From an uncultured Eubacteriales bacterium (lineage in GTDB: Bacteria > Bacillota > Clostridia > Oscillospirales > CAG-272): DNA of 64,000 bases. Below, piece after piece: positions 1-9,718 of the stretch (the first letter of the stretch is position 1; every line of letters begins with the position of its first letter). A program made the translations under genes and the position numbers. The stretch covers positions 2,661-66,660 of the forward strand of contig CAKSPO010000004.1 of NCBI GenBank assembly GCA_934481515.1, written 5' to 3'. Below the pieces are notes generated by a model. It was not told the origin of the DNA and did no database searches. It worked only from the letters and a program-made list of their open reading frames with translations.

Positions 1-47
1 GGGAACCCGTCAGAATCGGAATAACCGGTTTCCGCTCCGGAAAGTGC

Positions 48-76
48 TTGACAATGCCACCGGAAAATGATACAAT
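48..76 (+). promoter_or_regulatory. sigma-70-type promoter of the oxidoreductase gene
   Basis: TTGACA (48-53), 17-nt spacer, TACAAT (71-76) preceded by an extended TG (68-69). It lies inside the 5' end of the supplied ORF 48..1148. Confidence 0.6.
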
Positions 77-110
77 AGAACCGGTATTTCAAGCGTCGGA
101 GGAGAAAGCT

Positions 111-1148
111 TTGAAGAAAGAAAAAATAGGTTTTGCAATTGTAGGATGCGGTACCATTGCGGATTGGCACGCCAGAGCAACGCAGGCATCCGAACACGGA
201 GTGTTGGTCGGTGCCTACGACGTACACCGGGAAAAGACAGAGGAATTCTGCAAAAAATACGGAATCCGTCCCTTTGAAAGTATGGAAGAACTGCTTTCTT
301 CTGATGAAGTCGATGCGGTTTGTCTTTGTACTCCGAGCGGTTATCACACCGACGGAGCACTTGCAACCATCCGTGCCGGAAAGCACATTCTGATTGAAAA
401 GCCGCTTGCACTTCATGTGGAGGATTGTGACCGTATTCTGCGAGAGGCGGAAGCCGGCGGCGTAACTGCCGGTGTGGTGTCCCAGCATCGCTTCACGCCC
501 GCCATGGAAGCTCTCCGGGAACTGATTGCAGCGGAACGTCTCGGGAAAATCGTTTCCGTGGAGCTGGATATGAAATATTACCGGGATCAGAACTATTATG
601 ATTCCGGCGACTGGAGAGGCACATGGGCACTTGACGGAGGCGGGGCGCTGATGAATCAGGGCATCCACGGCATTGATACCATGCTGTACCTGCTCGGAAA
701 TGTGAAGAGCGTCTACGGTATGGCACGGACGTTGGCACGGAAAATTGAAGTGGAGGATACCGCGGTCGCAGTACTGGAATTCGAAAACGGTGCGCTCGGA
801 ACCCTTCAGGGGACAACCTCGGTCTATCCGGGATATCCGCGGGAGCTGACCGTTTCCGGAACAAGTGGAACCGTGACCATCCGTGACAACAAAAGCTTCG
901 TCCGCTGGGATGTGAAGGATGTTCCGCTTCCGGAGGGATTTGTCCTCGGCGAGGAAGTTCACGGCAGCGCAAGTGATCCGAAAAGAATCGGGCTTTCCGG
1001 ACACCTCGCCGCAACCAACGATTTTATCGAAGCAATTCGGGAGGGAAGAGAACCGTCGGTTCCGCTGTCGGACGGCAAACGCGCCGTAGAGTTGATTACG
1101 GCAATCTACCGCTCCTCCGCTGAAAAAAAGACTGTATTTCTTTCCTGA
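111..1148 (+). CDS. Gfo/Idh/MocA family NAD(P)-dependent oxidoreductase
   Basis: Rossmann motif IGFAIVGCGTIA and the family motif ILIEKPLA. Start moved to TTG 111 because GGAGGAG (98-104) sits 6 nt upstream and the promoter at 48-76 lies within the longer ORF. Confidence 0.85.
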   Translation: MKKEKIGFAIVGCGTIADWHARATQASEHGVLVGAYDVHREKTEEFCKKYGIRPFESMEELLSSDEVDAVCLCTPSGYHTDGALATIRAGKHILIEKPLALHVEDCDRILREAEAGGVTAGVVSQHRFTPAMEALRELIAAERLGKIVSVELDMKYYRDQNYYDSGDWRGTWALDGGGALMNQGIHGIDTMLYLLGNVKSVYGMARTLARKIEVEDTAVAVLEFENGALGTLQGTTSVYPGYPRELTVSGTSGTVTIRDNKSFVRWDVKDVPLPEGFVLGEEVHGSASDPKRIGLSGHLAATNDFIEAIREGREPSVPLSDGKRAVELITAIYRSSAEKKTVFLS

Positions 1149-1160
1149 AAAATTACACAA

Positions 1161-1205
1161 AAAAAGAGAGACAGGATGTTCATGTACCCTGTCTCTCTTT
1201 TTTTG
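1161..1205. terminator. bidirectional rho-independent terminator (oxidoreductase gene and tRNA-Ala)
   Basis: Stem agagagacagg (1165-1175) pairs with cctgtctctct (1188-1198). It is flanked by an A-run upstream and a T-run downstream. Confidence 0.75.
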
Positions 1206-1300
1206 ACGGAACATCGGACTGCAATCCGACGAATATCATCGGGGATAGCAACCTGGCATCGCACTACACCTCAATCGAAATCGGGTGCGTGCACAGCCGC

Positions 1301-1376
1301 TGGTGGAGCGTACGGGATTCGAACCCGTGACCCCGACACTGCCAGTGTCGTGCGCTCCCAACTGCGCTAACGCCCC
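1301..1376 (-). tRNA. tRNA-Ala (anticodon GGC)
   Basis: Hand-folded cloverleaf: GGGGCGT acceptor with G3:U70, D arm GCGC/GCGC, anticodon loop CTGGCAG, T arm ACGGG-TTCGAAT-CCCGT, encoded CCA. Confidence 0.9.
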
Positions 1377-1386
1377 AACAGAAAAG

Positions 1387-1415
1387 AGTATACCATAGAA
1401 TCAGGCGCTTGTCAA
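1387..1415 (-). promoter_or_regulatory. sigma-70-type promoter of tRNA-Ala
   Basis: On the minus strand: TTGACA (1415-1410), 17 nt, TGgTATACT (-10 at 1392-1387). It ends about 10 nt upstream of the tRNA 5' end. Confidence 0.65.
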
Positions 1416-1578
1416 TAGCATTTTTCGGGAAAAATGCATTTGTCTTCAAAAATACAAAAAGAAAAGATGCTTTTACGATGTGCCCTCCGGAATGCACACG
1501 GAGATGTTTTTACGCAGGGTCATATATTTGCAGATCGAATTATTTTGTAATAAAAGGAGGAAAATCTGCACGCAGCAC

Positions 1579-1607
1579 TTGAAACAGGAACAAAATTGTG
1601 CTATAAT
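1579..1607 (+). promoter_or_regulatory. sigma-70-type promoter of the exonuclease gene
   Basis: TTGAAA (1579-1584), 17 nt, TGcTATAAT (-10 at 1602-1607). Confidence 0.6.
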
Positions 1608-1718
1608 CAATCTGTCTGTGCCATTTTTCTGCTTTCCGGGAGAATGGAAAAGCGGACAACAGCGCAAAACCGTTTTTGTCGGCGAAGGAATGCGGCGAAA
1701 ACGGTAAGGAGGACTTTT

Positions 1719-2801
1719 TTGAAAACCGATATGAAGCTGCACTCCGGTGTCACGATTCCGCAGATCACCGTCGCAACAGCAGAGCAAAAAAAATACCTGA
1801 CGCGGGGTGTGCTGAACCGGATGCACCTGATGCCTGTGGGAGATCCGGTTGCGTTTGAAGAGAACAAGGACGGCAGCATTACCTACTTCTTTGACCCGAA
1901 GCGGGTCACGGAGGCTCCGCCCGAGCAGTGGTATGCTCCCGCGCAAAAAAGCGAAACCATAAAGCTGGAAAACGGCGCGGAGATTCCGCGGATGGGAACC
2001 AAACGCGCGGCGGTGTGCGGATATTATACGGCGGAGCGCCTTCTGCAAATGCATTACGATGTGGTGGAGCAACCGGTTGCCTATACACTGCGCAACGACA
2101 AAATCCCTGTCTATTTTTACGATAAAAAGACGGCAGTCCGTCAGCCGCTGATGTGTGTACAGTGCGGGAAAGAGGTTCGTTACCGCCGGAAGCTGTGCCG
2201 TTCCTGTTTTGAGGCGGATCTTGCAGTCCGTCGGGCAGAGGGAGACGCGCATCGCGCGGCGGAATATCATATGAAGCGGGAGCGCGTTCTGTTCTTTGAC
2301 CTGGAACTGACCGGAGTCTACGACCATGATGAGATCCTTTCGATTTCCATTGTCAACGGAAAAGGCGAGATTATCATGAATACGCTGGTCAAGCCAAGCC
2401 ACAAGAAAAAATGGAAGCAGACCGAAAAAATTCACGGCATCACTCCGGAAATGGTTGCGGATGCACCGCATCTGGACGATCTGATTCCGCGGCTGAAGGA
2501 ATTTTTCGATTCCGCAGATGTGTTGATTGCTTACGGAATTTCCACAGATTACAGTCACATCAAATACATTTATGACACGGAGGCAGAGCGGGAAGCACTG
2601 CATCGCAAGACCCGTTGCGCCGCCATTGAATTTGTCCGTTATCAGTCGGAGCATTATCCGGATCGGACGCATACATCGCTCAGCGACGCGATGGAACTTT
2701 TGGGAATTTCATGGGAAGGCACGGCGCATAACTCTCTTGCCGATACCATCGGCTGTGAAAGAGTCTGGGACAGGCTGTTCCCGCATTATTACGAAGACTG
2801 A
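1719..2801 (+). CDS. DEDDh 3'-5' exonuclease (DnaQ/epsilon-like) with zinc ribbon and uncharacterised N-terminal domain
   Basis: Exo motifs FFDLELTG, AYGISTDYSHI and HNSLADT in the C-terminal half. CxxC-x10-CxxC (CVQCGKEVRYRRKLCRSC) sits just before them. Start set at TTG 1719, 6 nt after AAGGAGG at 1706-1712; ATG 1731 is the alternative. Confidence 0.75.
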   Translation: MKTDMKLHSGVTIPQITVATAEQKKYLTRGVLNRMHLMPVGDPVAFEENKDGSITYFFDPKRVTEAPPEQWYAPAQKSETIKLENGAEIPRMGTKRAAVCGYYTAERLLQMHYDVVEQPVAYTLRNDKIPVYFYDKKTAVRQPLMCVQCGKEVRYRRKLCRSCFEADLAVRRAEGDAHRAAEYHMKRERVLFFDLELTGVYDHDEILSISIVNGKGEIIMNTLVKPSHKKKWKQTEKIHGITPEMVADAPHLDDLIPRLKEFFDSADVLIAYGISTDYSHIKYIYDTEAEREALHRKTRCAAIEFVRYQSEHYPDRTHTSLSDAMELLGISWEGTAHNSLADTIGCERVWDRLFPHYYED

Positions 2802-2812
2802 GGTGAAGAACG

Positions 2813-3133
2813 ATGGATCGTTTTTTCGGTTTGGACAAAACAAGAGTACCGGACAGTGAACTGGCGCTTCTGACAACGGTGCACGATCCGGTGGAGCGTG
2901 CCGTCATCGGAAGCATTCTGGAGGGCGAAAAGATCCCTTACATGATCCGGGAGCGCGGAAGCGGAGAAGCGGTTCGCGTTTTGGCGGGATATTCCATGTT
3001 CGGCAGTGACATTTTTGTCCGGAAGGATTCTCTGGAACAGGCGCAGGAGCTTCTGGATGTTTACCGGAACGGAGACATTGTCCCGGAGGACGGGGGCGAG
3101 GAAGAGACCGATACGGAGCAAAGCCGTTCGTGA
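2813..3133 (+). CDS. small acidic protein, DUF2007-like (putative signal-transducing fold)
   Basis: 106-aa ORF with a GAGGTGA Shine-Dalgarno sequence about 6 nt upstream. The family assignment is from memory of similar small proteins, not a search. Confidence 0.5.
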   Translation: MDRFFGLDKTRVPDSELALLTTVHDPVERAVIGSILEGEKIPYMIRERGSGEAVRVLAGYSMFGSDIFVRKDSLEQAQELLDVYRNGDIVPEDGGEEETDTEQSRS

Positions 3134-3140
3134 GGTGCGT

Positions 3141-4319
3141 ATGAAGGAAATATTGCTTTGTAAATTCGGCGAGATTGTGCTCAAGGGTGCCAACCGGCGC
3201 TTCTTTGAAGATACACTGTGCCGGAATCTCCGCTTCCGTGCGAAGCACTTCGGTCATTTTGAGATCAAACGGTCTCAAAGCACACTGACCATTGAGCCGC
3301 TGGATGATGCGGCGGACATCGACGGTATGTTTGAAGCGACAACCAAGGTGTTCGGGATTGTCGGAATCAGCCGGTGTGCCGTTTGCGAAAAGGATATGGA
3401 CAATATCCGGCACACCGTGGAGGAATATCTTCCGCCGTATCTTGCAGGAAAAAAGACCTTCAAGGTGGAGGCAAAGCGGTCGGACAAGCGGTTTCCGCTC
3501 AATTCCATGGAAATTGCCGCTGAGGTCGGGGCTTATGTACTGGAAACCGTTCCGGGAATCCGCGTCAATGTACGGGAACCGGAAATCGTCGTACAGGTGG
3601 AGATCCGGGAACATGCGGCATATGTCCATGCGGGACAGTTCAAGGGTGCCGGCGGAATGCCGGTTGGAACCAACGGACGGGCGCTTTTGCTGCTTTCCGG
3701 CGGAATTGACTCTCCTGTTGCCGGTTATATGATTGCAAAAAGGGGCGTCCGGTTGGATGCCGTTCATTTTGAGTCCTTCCCGTATACCAGTGAGCGCGCG
3801 AGGGAAAAGGTGTTCAAGCTGGCGCAGGAGGTTTCCCGGTACGCCGGTTCCATTGACGTGCACGTGATTTCTCTGACGCACATTCAGGAGGAGTTGGTCA
3901 AAAACTGTGAGGAAGAGTATTTTACGCTGATGCTTCGCCGCTATATGATGACCATTGCCGACCGGATTGCGCACCGCCTTGGCTGCGGCGCGTTGGTCAC
4001 AGGGGAAAGTCTCGGTCAGGTCGCGTCGCAGACCATGCAGGCAATCGGTGTTACCGACCCGATGACGGCATTGCCCGTTTTCCGTCCGTGCATCGGTCTT
4101 GACAAGGAAGAAATTGTACAGATCGCGCGGAAAATCGGCACTTTTGATACCTCCATTCAGCCGTATGAAGATTGTTGTACGGTCTTTACCCCAAAGCATC
4201 CGCGTACCAATCCGGATCCGGAAAAGGTGATGGAGCAGCAAAAGCGGCTGGATTTTGACGCTTTGGTGGAGGAAGCACTGCAAAGTGAATATGTACAGCA
4301 TATCCGCACGGAGTTCTGA
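3141..4319 (+). CDS. thiI: tRNA 4-thiouridine(8) synthase ThiI
   Basis: N-terminal ferredoxin-like/THUMP region and PP-loop SGGIDSPVA. Start at ATG 3141 (MKEILLCKFGEIVLKG) with a GAGGTG Shine-Dalgarno sequence. The supplied ORF is 5'-extended. Confidence 0.9.
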   Translation: MKEILLCKFGEIVLKGANRRFFEDTLCRNLRFRAKHFGHFEIKRSQSTLTIEPLDDAADIDGMFEATTKVFGIVGISRCAVCEKDMDNIRHTVEEYLPPYLAGKKTFKVEAKRSDKRFPLNSMEIAAEVGAYVLETVPGIRVNVREPEIVVQVEIREHAAYVHAGQFKGAGGMPVGTNGRALLLLSGGIDSPVAGYMIAKRGVRLDAVHFESFPYTSERAREKVFKLAQEVSRYAGSIDVHVISLTHIQEELVKNCEEEYFTLMLRRYMMTIADRIAHRLGCGALVTGESLGQVASQTMQAIGVTDPMTALPVFRPCIGLDKEEIVQIARKIGTFDTSIQPYEDCCTVFTPKHPRTNPDPEKVMEQQKRLDFDALVEEALQSEYVQHIRTEF

Positions 4320-4360
4320 GGCGGAAATCAAAACGGAATGATTCCGGAAAGGAAACGGTT

Positions 4361-4921
4361 ATGGAACAGAAATATTATCATATGACAATTGCGGGATGTG
4401 AGCGGGATTTGCCGATCTGTCCTCTGAACGACAAGCTGAAAATTGCGGGATTTGTGATTTTCGGGGATCCGGAGCTGACTACTGCCTGTGCGAAGGAGCT
4501 TCTCAAGCGGGCTCCGGCGTACGATTACATGATCAGCGCGGAGGCAAAGGGAATTCCGCTGGTGCATGAGATGGCGCGGCTTGCCGGGAATCAGAAATAT
4601 TTTCTTGCCCGCAAGGCACCGAAAATGTATATGACCGGAGTGATGGAAGCCGGTGTGCACTCCATTACCACGGCATTCGACCAGAAACTTTATATTGACA
4701 CCGCGGATGCGGCGCTGATGAAGGGGAAGCGGATTCTGATTGTGGACGATGTGATTTCCACCGGAGAATCGCTCCATGCGCTGGAGGTGCTTGTGGAGAA
4801 GGCAGGAGGAATCATCTGCGGCAGAATGACGATTCTCGCGGAGGGCGATGCCCAGAACCGGAAGGATCTGATTTATCTGGAAAAGCTTCCGCTGTTTGAT
4901 GCCGACGGGAATCCGATCTGA
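4361..4921 (+). CDS. type I phosphoribosyltransferase (purine PRT-like)
   Basis: PRPP-binding motif ILIVDDVISTGES. Length 186 aa. Confidence 0.7.
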   Translation: MEQKYYHMTIAGCERDLPICPLNDKLKIAGFVIFGDPELTTACAKELLKRAPAYDYMISAEAKGIPLVHEMARLAGNQKYFLARKAPKMYMTGVMEAGVHSITTAFDQKLYIDTADAALMKGKRILIVDDVISTGESLHALEVLVEKAGGIICGRMTILAEGDAQNRKDLIYLEKLPLFDADGNPI

Positions 4922-4962
4922 ATCTGAACTGCAAGAAACCGAGAAAGAGAGATTATAAACTT

Positions 4963-6252
4963 ATGGAAAGAACCTACATTACTTCCGTTACTCCCGGCGC
5001 AACCTACCGGATCAGCGGATTTGTGGAAAATCTGCGCAACAAACGTACCATGGCGTTTCTGGTCATCCGGGACATCACCGGAAAGCTCCAGGTGACGCTG
5101 GAGAAGGAAAAGTATCCGGAGCTTGCGGCTCTGGTCGATCAGCTGACCATTCAGTCTGTTGTGACGGTGGAAGGGGAAGTGGTTGCCAATGAGTACGTCA
5201 AGATGGGCGGAATGGAGATGCTGCCGCAGAAGCTGGTCATCGAATCCATTGCGGACGCGCTCCCGATCAAGGAGGACTCCGAGATTGATTCCCGGATGGA
5301 TTTCCGGTGGATTGACTTGCGGAGAGAGCAGAATCAGCTCATGCTGAAGATGCAGACACTCCTGACCGCTTCCATGCGGGAATTTCTCCTTGCGCGGAAT
5401 TTTACGGAAATTCATACGCCGAAGCTGATTGCCGCCGCAAGCGAGTCCGGCTCCGAGGTGTTTGAGGTCAAATATTTTGACACCAAGGCATATCTGGCGC
5501 AGTCGCCGCAGTTCTACAAGCAGATGGCTATGGCATCCGGTCTGGATCGGATTTTTGAAACGGGTCCTGTATTCCGTGCGGAAAAGTCCTACACCAACAA
5601 GCACGCAACCGAATTTACCGGCTTTGATCTGGAATTCAGCTATGTCTATTCCACCGAAGAGGTGATGCATATGGAGGAGGAACTTCTGACATATGCGTTT
5701 GAAAAGGTGGCAAAAGCGTACGGGGAGGAGATCAAGCGCCTTTACGGAAAGGAAGTGCTGATCCCAACGATACCGTTCCCGCGGATCCGGCTGAAGGATC
5801 TTTACCGGGAGCTGGAGGAGCGGTACGGGTATACCGTTGCGGAGGAAGCAAAGGGCGACCTGACCACCGATGCCGAGCATCTTTGCGCCCGGTTCTCCAT
5901 GGAAAAGTACGGAAGCGAATTTTTGTTTGTGACCGATTACGATGCCAAGGAGCGTGCTTTCTATCATATGCGTGACGAAAACGGCGTTCCCATGGGATAT
6001 GATCTGATCTGGCGCGGATGTGAAATCACGACGGGTGCTGTCCGGGAGCACCGGTATGAGGTGCTCAAAAAGCAGGCGGACGAGAAGGGACTTGCGAAGG
6101 ACGTGGAGTTCTATCTGCAGTTCTTCCGCTACGGATGCCCGCCGCACGGCGGATTCGGTCTCGGAATTGATCGGCTTACGATGCTCTTCCTCGGACTGTC
6201 CATCAAGGAGGCGGAGTTCCTCTTCCGCGGTCCGAACCGTCTGACGCCGTAA
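4963..6252 (+). CDS. aspS: aspartate--tRNA ligase, type 2 (archaeal-like, about 430 aa)
   Basis: Class II aaRS motifs FRAE and GGFGLGIDRL, an OB-fold N-terminus, and a C-terminal RGPNRLTP. Confidence 0.85.
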   Translation: MERTYITSVTPGATYRISGFVENLRNKRTMAFLVIRDITGKLQVTLEKEKYPELAALVDQLTIQSVVTVEGEVVANEYVKMGGMEMLPQKLVIESIADALPIKEDSEIDSRMDFRWIDLRREQNQLMLKMQTLLTASMREFLLARNFTEIHTPKLIAAASESGSEVFEVKYFDTKAYLAQSPQFYKQMAMASGLDRIFETGPVFRAEKSYTNKHATEFTGFDLEFSYVYSTEEVMHMEEELLTYAFEKVAKAYGEEIKRLYGKEVLIPTIPFPRIRLKDLYRELEERYGYTVAEEAKGDLTTDAEHLCARFSMEKYGSEFLFVTDYDAKERAFYHMRDENGVPMGYDLIWRGCEITTGAVREHRYEVLKKQADEKGLAKDVEFYLQFFRYGCPPHGGFGLGIDRLTMLFLGLSIKEAEFLFRGPNRLTP

Positions 6253-6300
6253 TCCGGCAGAAAAAACGAGCAGAACCGACCGAAACGAAAATACAGAGAT

Positions 6301-6334
6301 CGGGGCGGGGGAAATACGGATTTCTCCTGCCCCG
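6301..6334 (+). terminator. strong hairpin downstream of aspS
   Basis: cggggcgggggaaat / atttctcctgccccg form a 15-bp stem (2 G:U pairs) with loop acgg. The T-tract after it is weak. Confidence 0.5.
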
Positions 6335-6376
6335 TCGGAATTTGTCCGAAGCAACAAAAAAGAACGGAAGGCAAAC

Positions 6377-7732
6377 ATGAACCAAAGACCGGAATTACTT
6401 TCCCCGGCGGGGAATTTTGAAAAAATGCAGGCGGCACTGCTTTACGGAGCGGATGCCGTATATCTTGCGGGGCAGATGTTCGGCATGCGCTCCGCGGCGG
6501 ACAATTTTACGGTGGAAGAGCTTTACCGCGCTACAGAATACGTACATCAAAGAGGGAAAAAACTATATCTGACCGTCAATACCATGCCGCATGTGGACGA
6601 ATACCCGGCGCTGCGGCACTTCCTCTCGGAGATTCGCGGTGCGGGAATCGACGCTTATATCGTTGCCGACCTTGGGGTCTTTTCCACGGTGCGGGAGCTG
6701 ATTCCGCAGGCGGAGATTCACGTTTCCACGCAGACCAGCGTGGTAAGCCCCGCTTCCGCACGCGCCTATGCGGCACTTGGCGCCAAGCGGATTGTGCTGG
6801 CGCGGGAGTTGACGCTCCGGGAAATCCGGGAAATCCGTGCAGAACTCCCGGAAGAGGTGGAGCTGGAGGCGTTCATTCACGGTTCCATGTGCGTATCCTA
6901 CAGCGGCAGATGTCTGCTTGCCAATGCTTTCAATGGGCGTGACGGCAATCGCGGAACCTGCTCCCAGCCCTGCCGTTGGAATTATGCTTTGGTGGAGGAG
7001 AAACGGCCGGATCAGCTGTTTCCGATCGAACAGCAGGAACATGTCGGCACGTTTATCCTGTCCTCCAAGGATATGTGCATGATTGAACACATTCCGGAGC
7101 TGATGGAAAGCGGCATTTCCTCCTTCAAAATCGAGGGAAGAATGAAAAGCGCTTACTATACCGCCGTTGTCACCAACGCTTACCGGCTGGCAATGGATCG
7201 CTACCTCGCGAACCCTTCCGGGTATCGGTTTGATCCGGCATGGCTGACCGAACTGGAAAGCGTTTCCCACCGGGAATACGGAACCGGATTTTATTTTGAC
7301 AATCCGATGCAGAATCCGCAACTGGTCAGTACCTGCGGATATTTGCGGGAAAAGGCATATTTTTCCACGGCGACGGAATATGTTGCAGAGGAAGCGGACG
7401 CTATCCTTGCGGCAGGCGTTCCGATGGAAAACGAAGCGGGGACGCTGTACCGCTTCATTCAGCGCAACAAGGTTTCCGCAAACGAACGTGCGGAGCTGTT
7501 GTCTCCCGGTAAGGTCGGGCATCCCTTTCAGGTCGCGGAGCTTTATGCACCGGACGGAACTGCCCTGGAATCCACCCCGCATCCTTCCATGATCTATTGG
7601 TGCCGGGTTCCGTTTGAGGTCAAGCCCGGCGATATTCTCCGCGCCGGGGACGGCAGGGGATTGGAAGTACGCGCAAAAGACCGCCTGAAGGAACATCCGG
7701 CGGCTTCCGGAAAGGAAAGAGAGCATCTATGA
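6377..7732 (+). CDS. peptidase U32 family protein (PrtC/RlhA/TrhP-like)
   Basis: U32 signature EAFIHGSMCVSYSGRCLLA. N-terminal ELLSPAGN. Confidence 0.85.
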   Translation: MNQRPELLSPAGNFEKMQAALLYGADAVYLAGQMFGMRSAADNFTVEELYRATEYVHQRGKKLYLTVNTMPHVDEYPALRHFLSEIRGAGIDAYIVADLGVFSTVRELIPQAEIHVSTQTSVVSPASARAYAALGAKRIVLARELTLREIREIRAELPEEVELEAFIHGSMCVSYSGRCLLANAFNGRDGNRGTCSQPCRWNYALVEEKRPDQLFPIEQQEHVGTFILSSKDMCMIEHIPELMESGISSFKIEGRMKSAYYTAVVTNAYRLAMDRYLANPSGYRFDPAWLTELESVSHREYGTGFYFDNPMQNPQLVSTCGYLREKAYFSTATEYVAEEADAILAAGVPMENEAGTLYRFIQRNKVSANERAELLSPGKVGHPFQVAELYAPDGTALESTPHPSMIYWCRVPFEVKPGDILRAGDGRGLEVRAKDRLKEHPAASGKEREHL

Positions 7733-8622
7733 TAATTTTGGAAATTCTGAAAGCGATCCTGTACGGAATTCTGGAGGGAATCACCGAGTGGCTGCCGATC
7801 AGCTCCACGGGGCATCTGATCCTTTTGCAGGATCTGGTACCGTTCGCGTTTACCGAAGACAAGGCTTTTCTGGAACATTTCTGGGAGATGTTCCAGGTGG
7901 TCATTCAGCTTGGAGCGATTCTCGCGGTTGTGGTTCTGTTCTGGCATCGGCTCTGGCCGTTTTCCGCCAAAAAGAGCGCGGAAGAAAAGCGCGTTACCTG
8001 GAGACTTTGGCTCAAGGTCATTGTTGCCAGCATTCCGGCGGCGCTGGTCGGAATCGTCGCAGATAAATTCCTTGAAAAAGTCACCGGAAAGGACATTGAC
8101 GGCTGGCTGTTCAATTCATTTGTGGTCGCCATTGCGTTGATTGTTTACGGAATCGTGTTTCTTTTCATGGAACGCATCCGCAAAAAAGCGGGTGAGGGGA
8201 CGCGCGTCACCGACCTGAATGATCTGCGCTTTTCCACAGCGCTCGGAATCGGACTGTTTCAGGCACTCTCCATCGTTCCGGGAACCTCGCGCTCCGGTTC
8301 CACCATTCTCGGCTCGACGCTTCTCGGTGTTGCCCGTACCCCTGCAGCGGAATTTTCCTTTTTCATGGCAATCCCCGTAATGGTCGGTGCCAGCGGAATC
8401 AAGCTTCTCAAGTTCGGAAAATGGATCGGGGAATCCGGCGCAGGCGTACCCGCCATGGCGTGGATTACCCTTGCGGTCGGATGCATCGTTTCCTTTGCGG
8501 TCTCCATGCTTGCCATCCGGTTTCTTCTGGATTTTGTCAAAAAGCACAGCTTTGCGCCGTTCGGTATCTACCGGATTGCGCTCGGTATTCTTGTGTTGAT
8601 CGTGTACCTTTGCGGAAGATAA
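7729..8622 (+). CDS. uppP: undecaprenyl-diphosphate phosphatase
   Basis: Motifs ITEWLPISSTGHL and PGTSRSGSTI. ATGA overlap with the U32 gene. Confidence 0.92.
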   Translation: MIILEILKAILYGILEGITEWLPISSTGHLILLQDLVPFAFTEDKAFLEHFWEMFQVVIQLGAILAVVVLFWHRLWPFSAKKSAEEKRVTWRLWLKVIVASIPAALVGIVADKFLEKVTGKDIDGWLFNSFVVAIALIVYGIVFLFMERIRKKAGEGTRVTDLNDLRFSTALGIGLFQALSIVPGTSRSGSTILGSTLLGVARTPAAEFSFFMAIPVMVGASGIKLLKFGKWIGESGAGVPAMAWITLAVGCIVSFAVSMLAIRFLLDFVKKHSFAPFGIYRIALGILVLIVYLCGR

Positions 8623-8628
8623 CGGAAT

Positions 8629-9240
8629 ATGGCAGAAAAACAAAAACTGGTCATTCCGTATCCCGTCATTGTGGAGGGAAAATATGACCGGCTCCGGCTG
8701 GAATGCGTGATCCGGGCGCAGATTCTTTCCACCGACGGCTTCGGGGTGTTCAACCGAACCGAAAAGGATCGGCTGTTCCGCGCCCTTGCAAAAAAAACGC
8801 CGCTGATCGTCCTGACCGACAGCGACGGAGCCGGAAAGCTGATCCGGTCGCATCTGACCTCCACTCTTCCGGCGGATCGGTTGATCCATCTGTACGTTCC
8901 GCGCATTGCCGGGAAGGAGAAAAGAAAAGAAAAGCCCTCCGCAGAGGGCATTCTCGGCGTGGAGGGAATGGAGCAGGAACTGCTCCGGCGGTTATTTGCG
9001 CCCTTCGCGGAGTCGACATCATCCCCTTTGTCCGCAAGAGGAAGCATATCCAAAGCGGATCTGTATGCCGACGGGCTTACGGGACAGGAGGAAAGCCGCA
9101 GGCGGCGGGATGCTTTCGCGGAGCAATTGGGATTGCCGCCCGGCATGACGCCGAACGCACTTCTGGCGGCACTGAACGTTCTTTGCACCAAAGAGGAATA
9201 TTGTGAACAGATCCGGCGACTGGACAGTGCGGCAGATTGA
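8629..9240 (+). CDS. Toprim domain protein, ribonuclease M5-like (Toprim + DUF4093 architecture)
   Basis: VIVEGKYD, LTDSDGAGKLIR and ILGVEG parallel RNase M5 motifs, and the length is similar. Not proven to be the orthologue. Confidence 0.6.
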   Translation: MAEKQKLVIPYPVIVEGKYDRLRLECVIRAQILSTDGFGVFNRTEKDRLFRALAKKTPLIVLTDSDGAGKLIRSHLTSTLPADRLIHLYVPRIAGKEKRKEKPSAEGILGVEGMEQELLRRLFAPFAESTSSPLSARGSISKADLYADGLTGQEESRRRRDAFAEQLGLPPGMTPNALLAALNVLCTKEEYCEQIRRLDSAAD

Positions 9241-9329
9241 GCGCTTCTGCTTTCCGGAAAATGATTCATTCGGTTTTCAGGATTGGGAAAAAATTTCGGC
9301 TAAAGCAGTATCATATGGATTCCCGCGTC

Positions 9330-9358
9330 TTGACATTGCCGGCGTGATGTGGTATGAT
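9330..9358 (+). promoter_or_regulatory. orphan consensus sigma-70-type promoter, antisense to the IS remnant
   Basis: TTGACA (9330-9335), 17 nt, TGgTATGAT (-10 at 9353-9358). No convincing CDS lies downstream on the plus strand. Confidence 0.5.
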
Positions 9359-9390
9359 TGTGTTCGCTTAAAATATGCTTACGACGTATA

Positions 9391-9711
9391 TTAAAAGCCC
9401 TGGTCACTGTGGAGCTGCAGCTCTGCGGTGACCTTTTCCTTTCTTTTGGCTGCTCTGATTGCGGAAAGAACAAGATTGATATTCTGTTCCGTCCCCGTTT
9501 TGAATGCGGCAATACTGTTGTCGTAGAGGTCGCGAATGACAGAAGGATACAGTGTGCCTTGTCCTGCTTTAATATACGAAATATCAGTTACCCACTTTTG
9601 ATTGGAACGCTCTGCGTGAAAATCTCTATTGAGAAGATAGGGATATCTATGCTGATATTCACATTTCCTTTTCATATTGCTCAATGTAGAGATCTTCTCT
9701 TGGCACAACAA
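9391..9711 (-). pseudogene. IS3-family transposase (OrfB/DDE integrase) internal fragment
   Basis: LLNRDFHAERSNQKWVTDISYI...LHSDQGF matches the region around the first catalytic Asp of IS3 OrfB. The frame stops right after DQGF, there is no OrfA, and no remaining DDE residues or terminal repeats were identified. Local sequence is visibly AT-richer. Confidence 0.75.
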
Positions 9712-9718
9712 AAACCTC

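Noticed and set aside
4922-4962. A possible T-box leader upstream of aspS.
   Set aside because: The intergenic space is only 41 nt, far too short for a T-box riboswitch.
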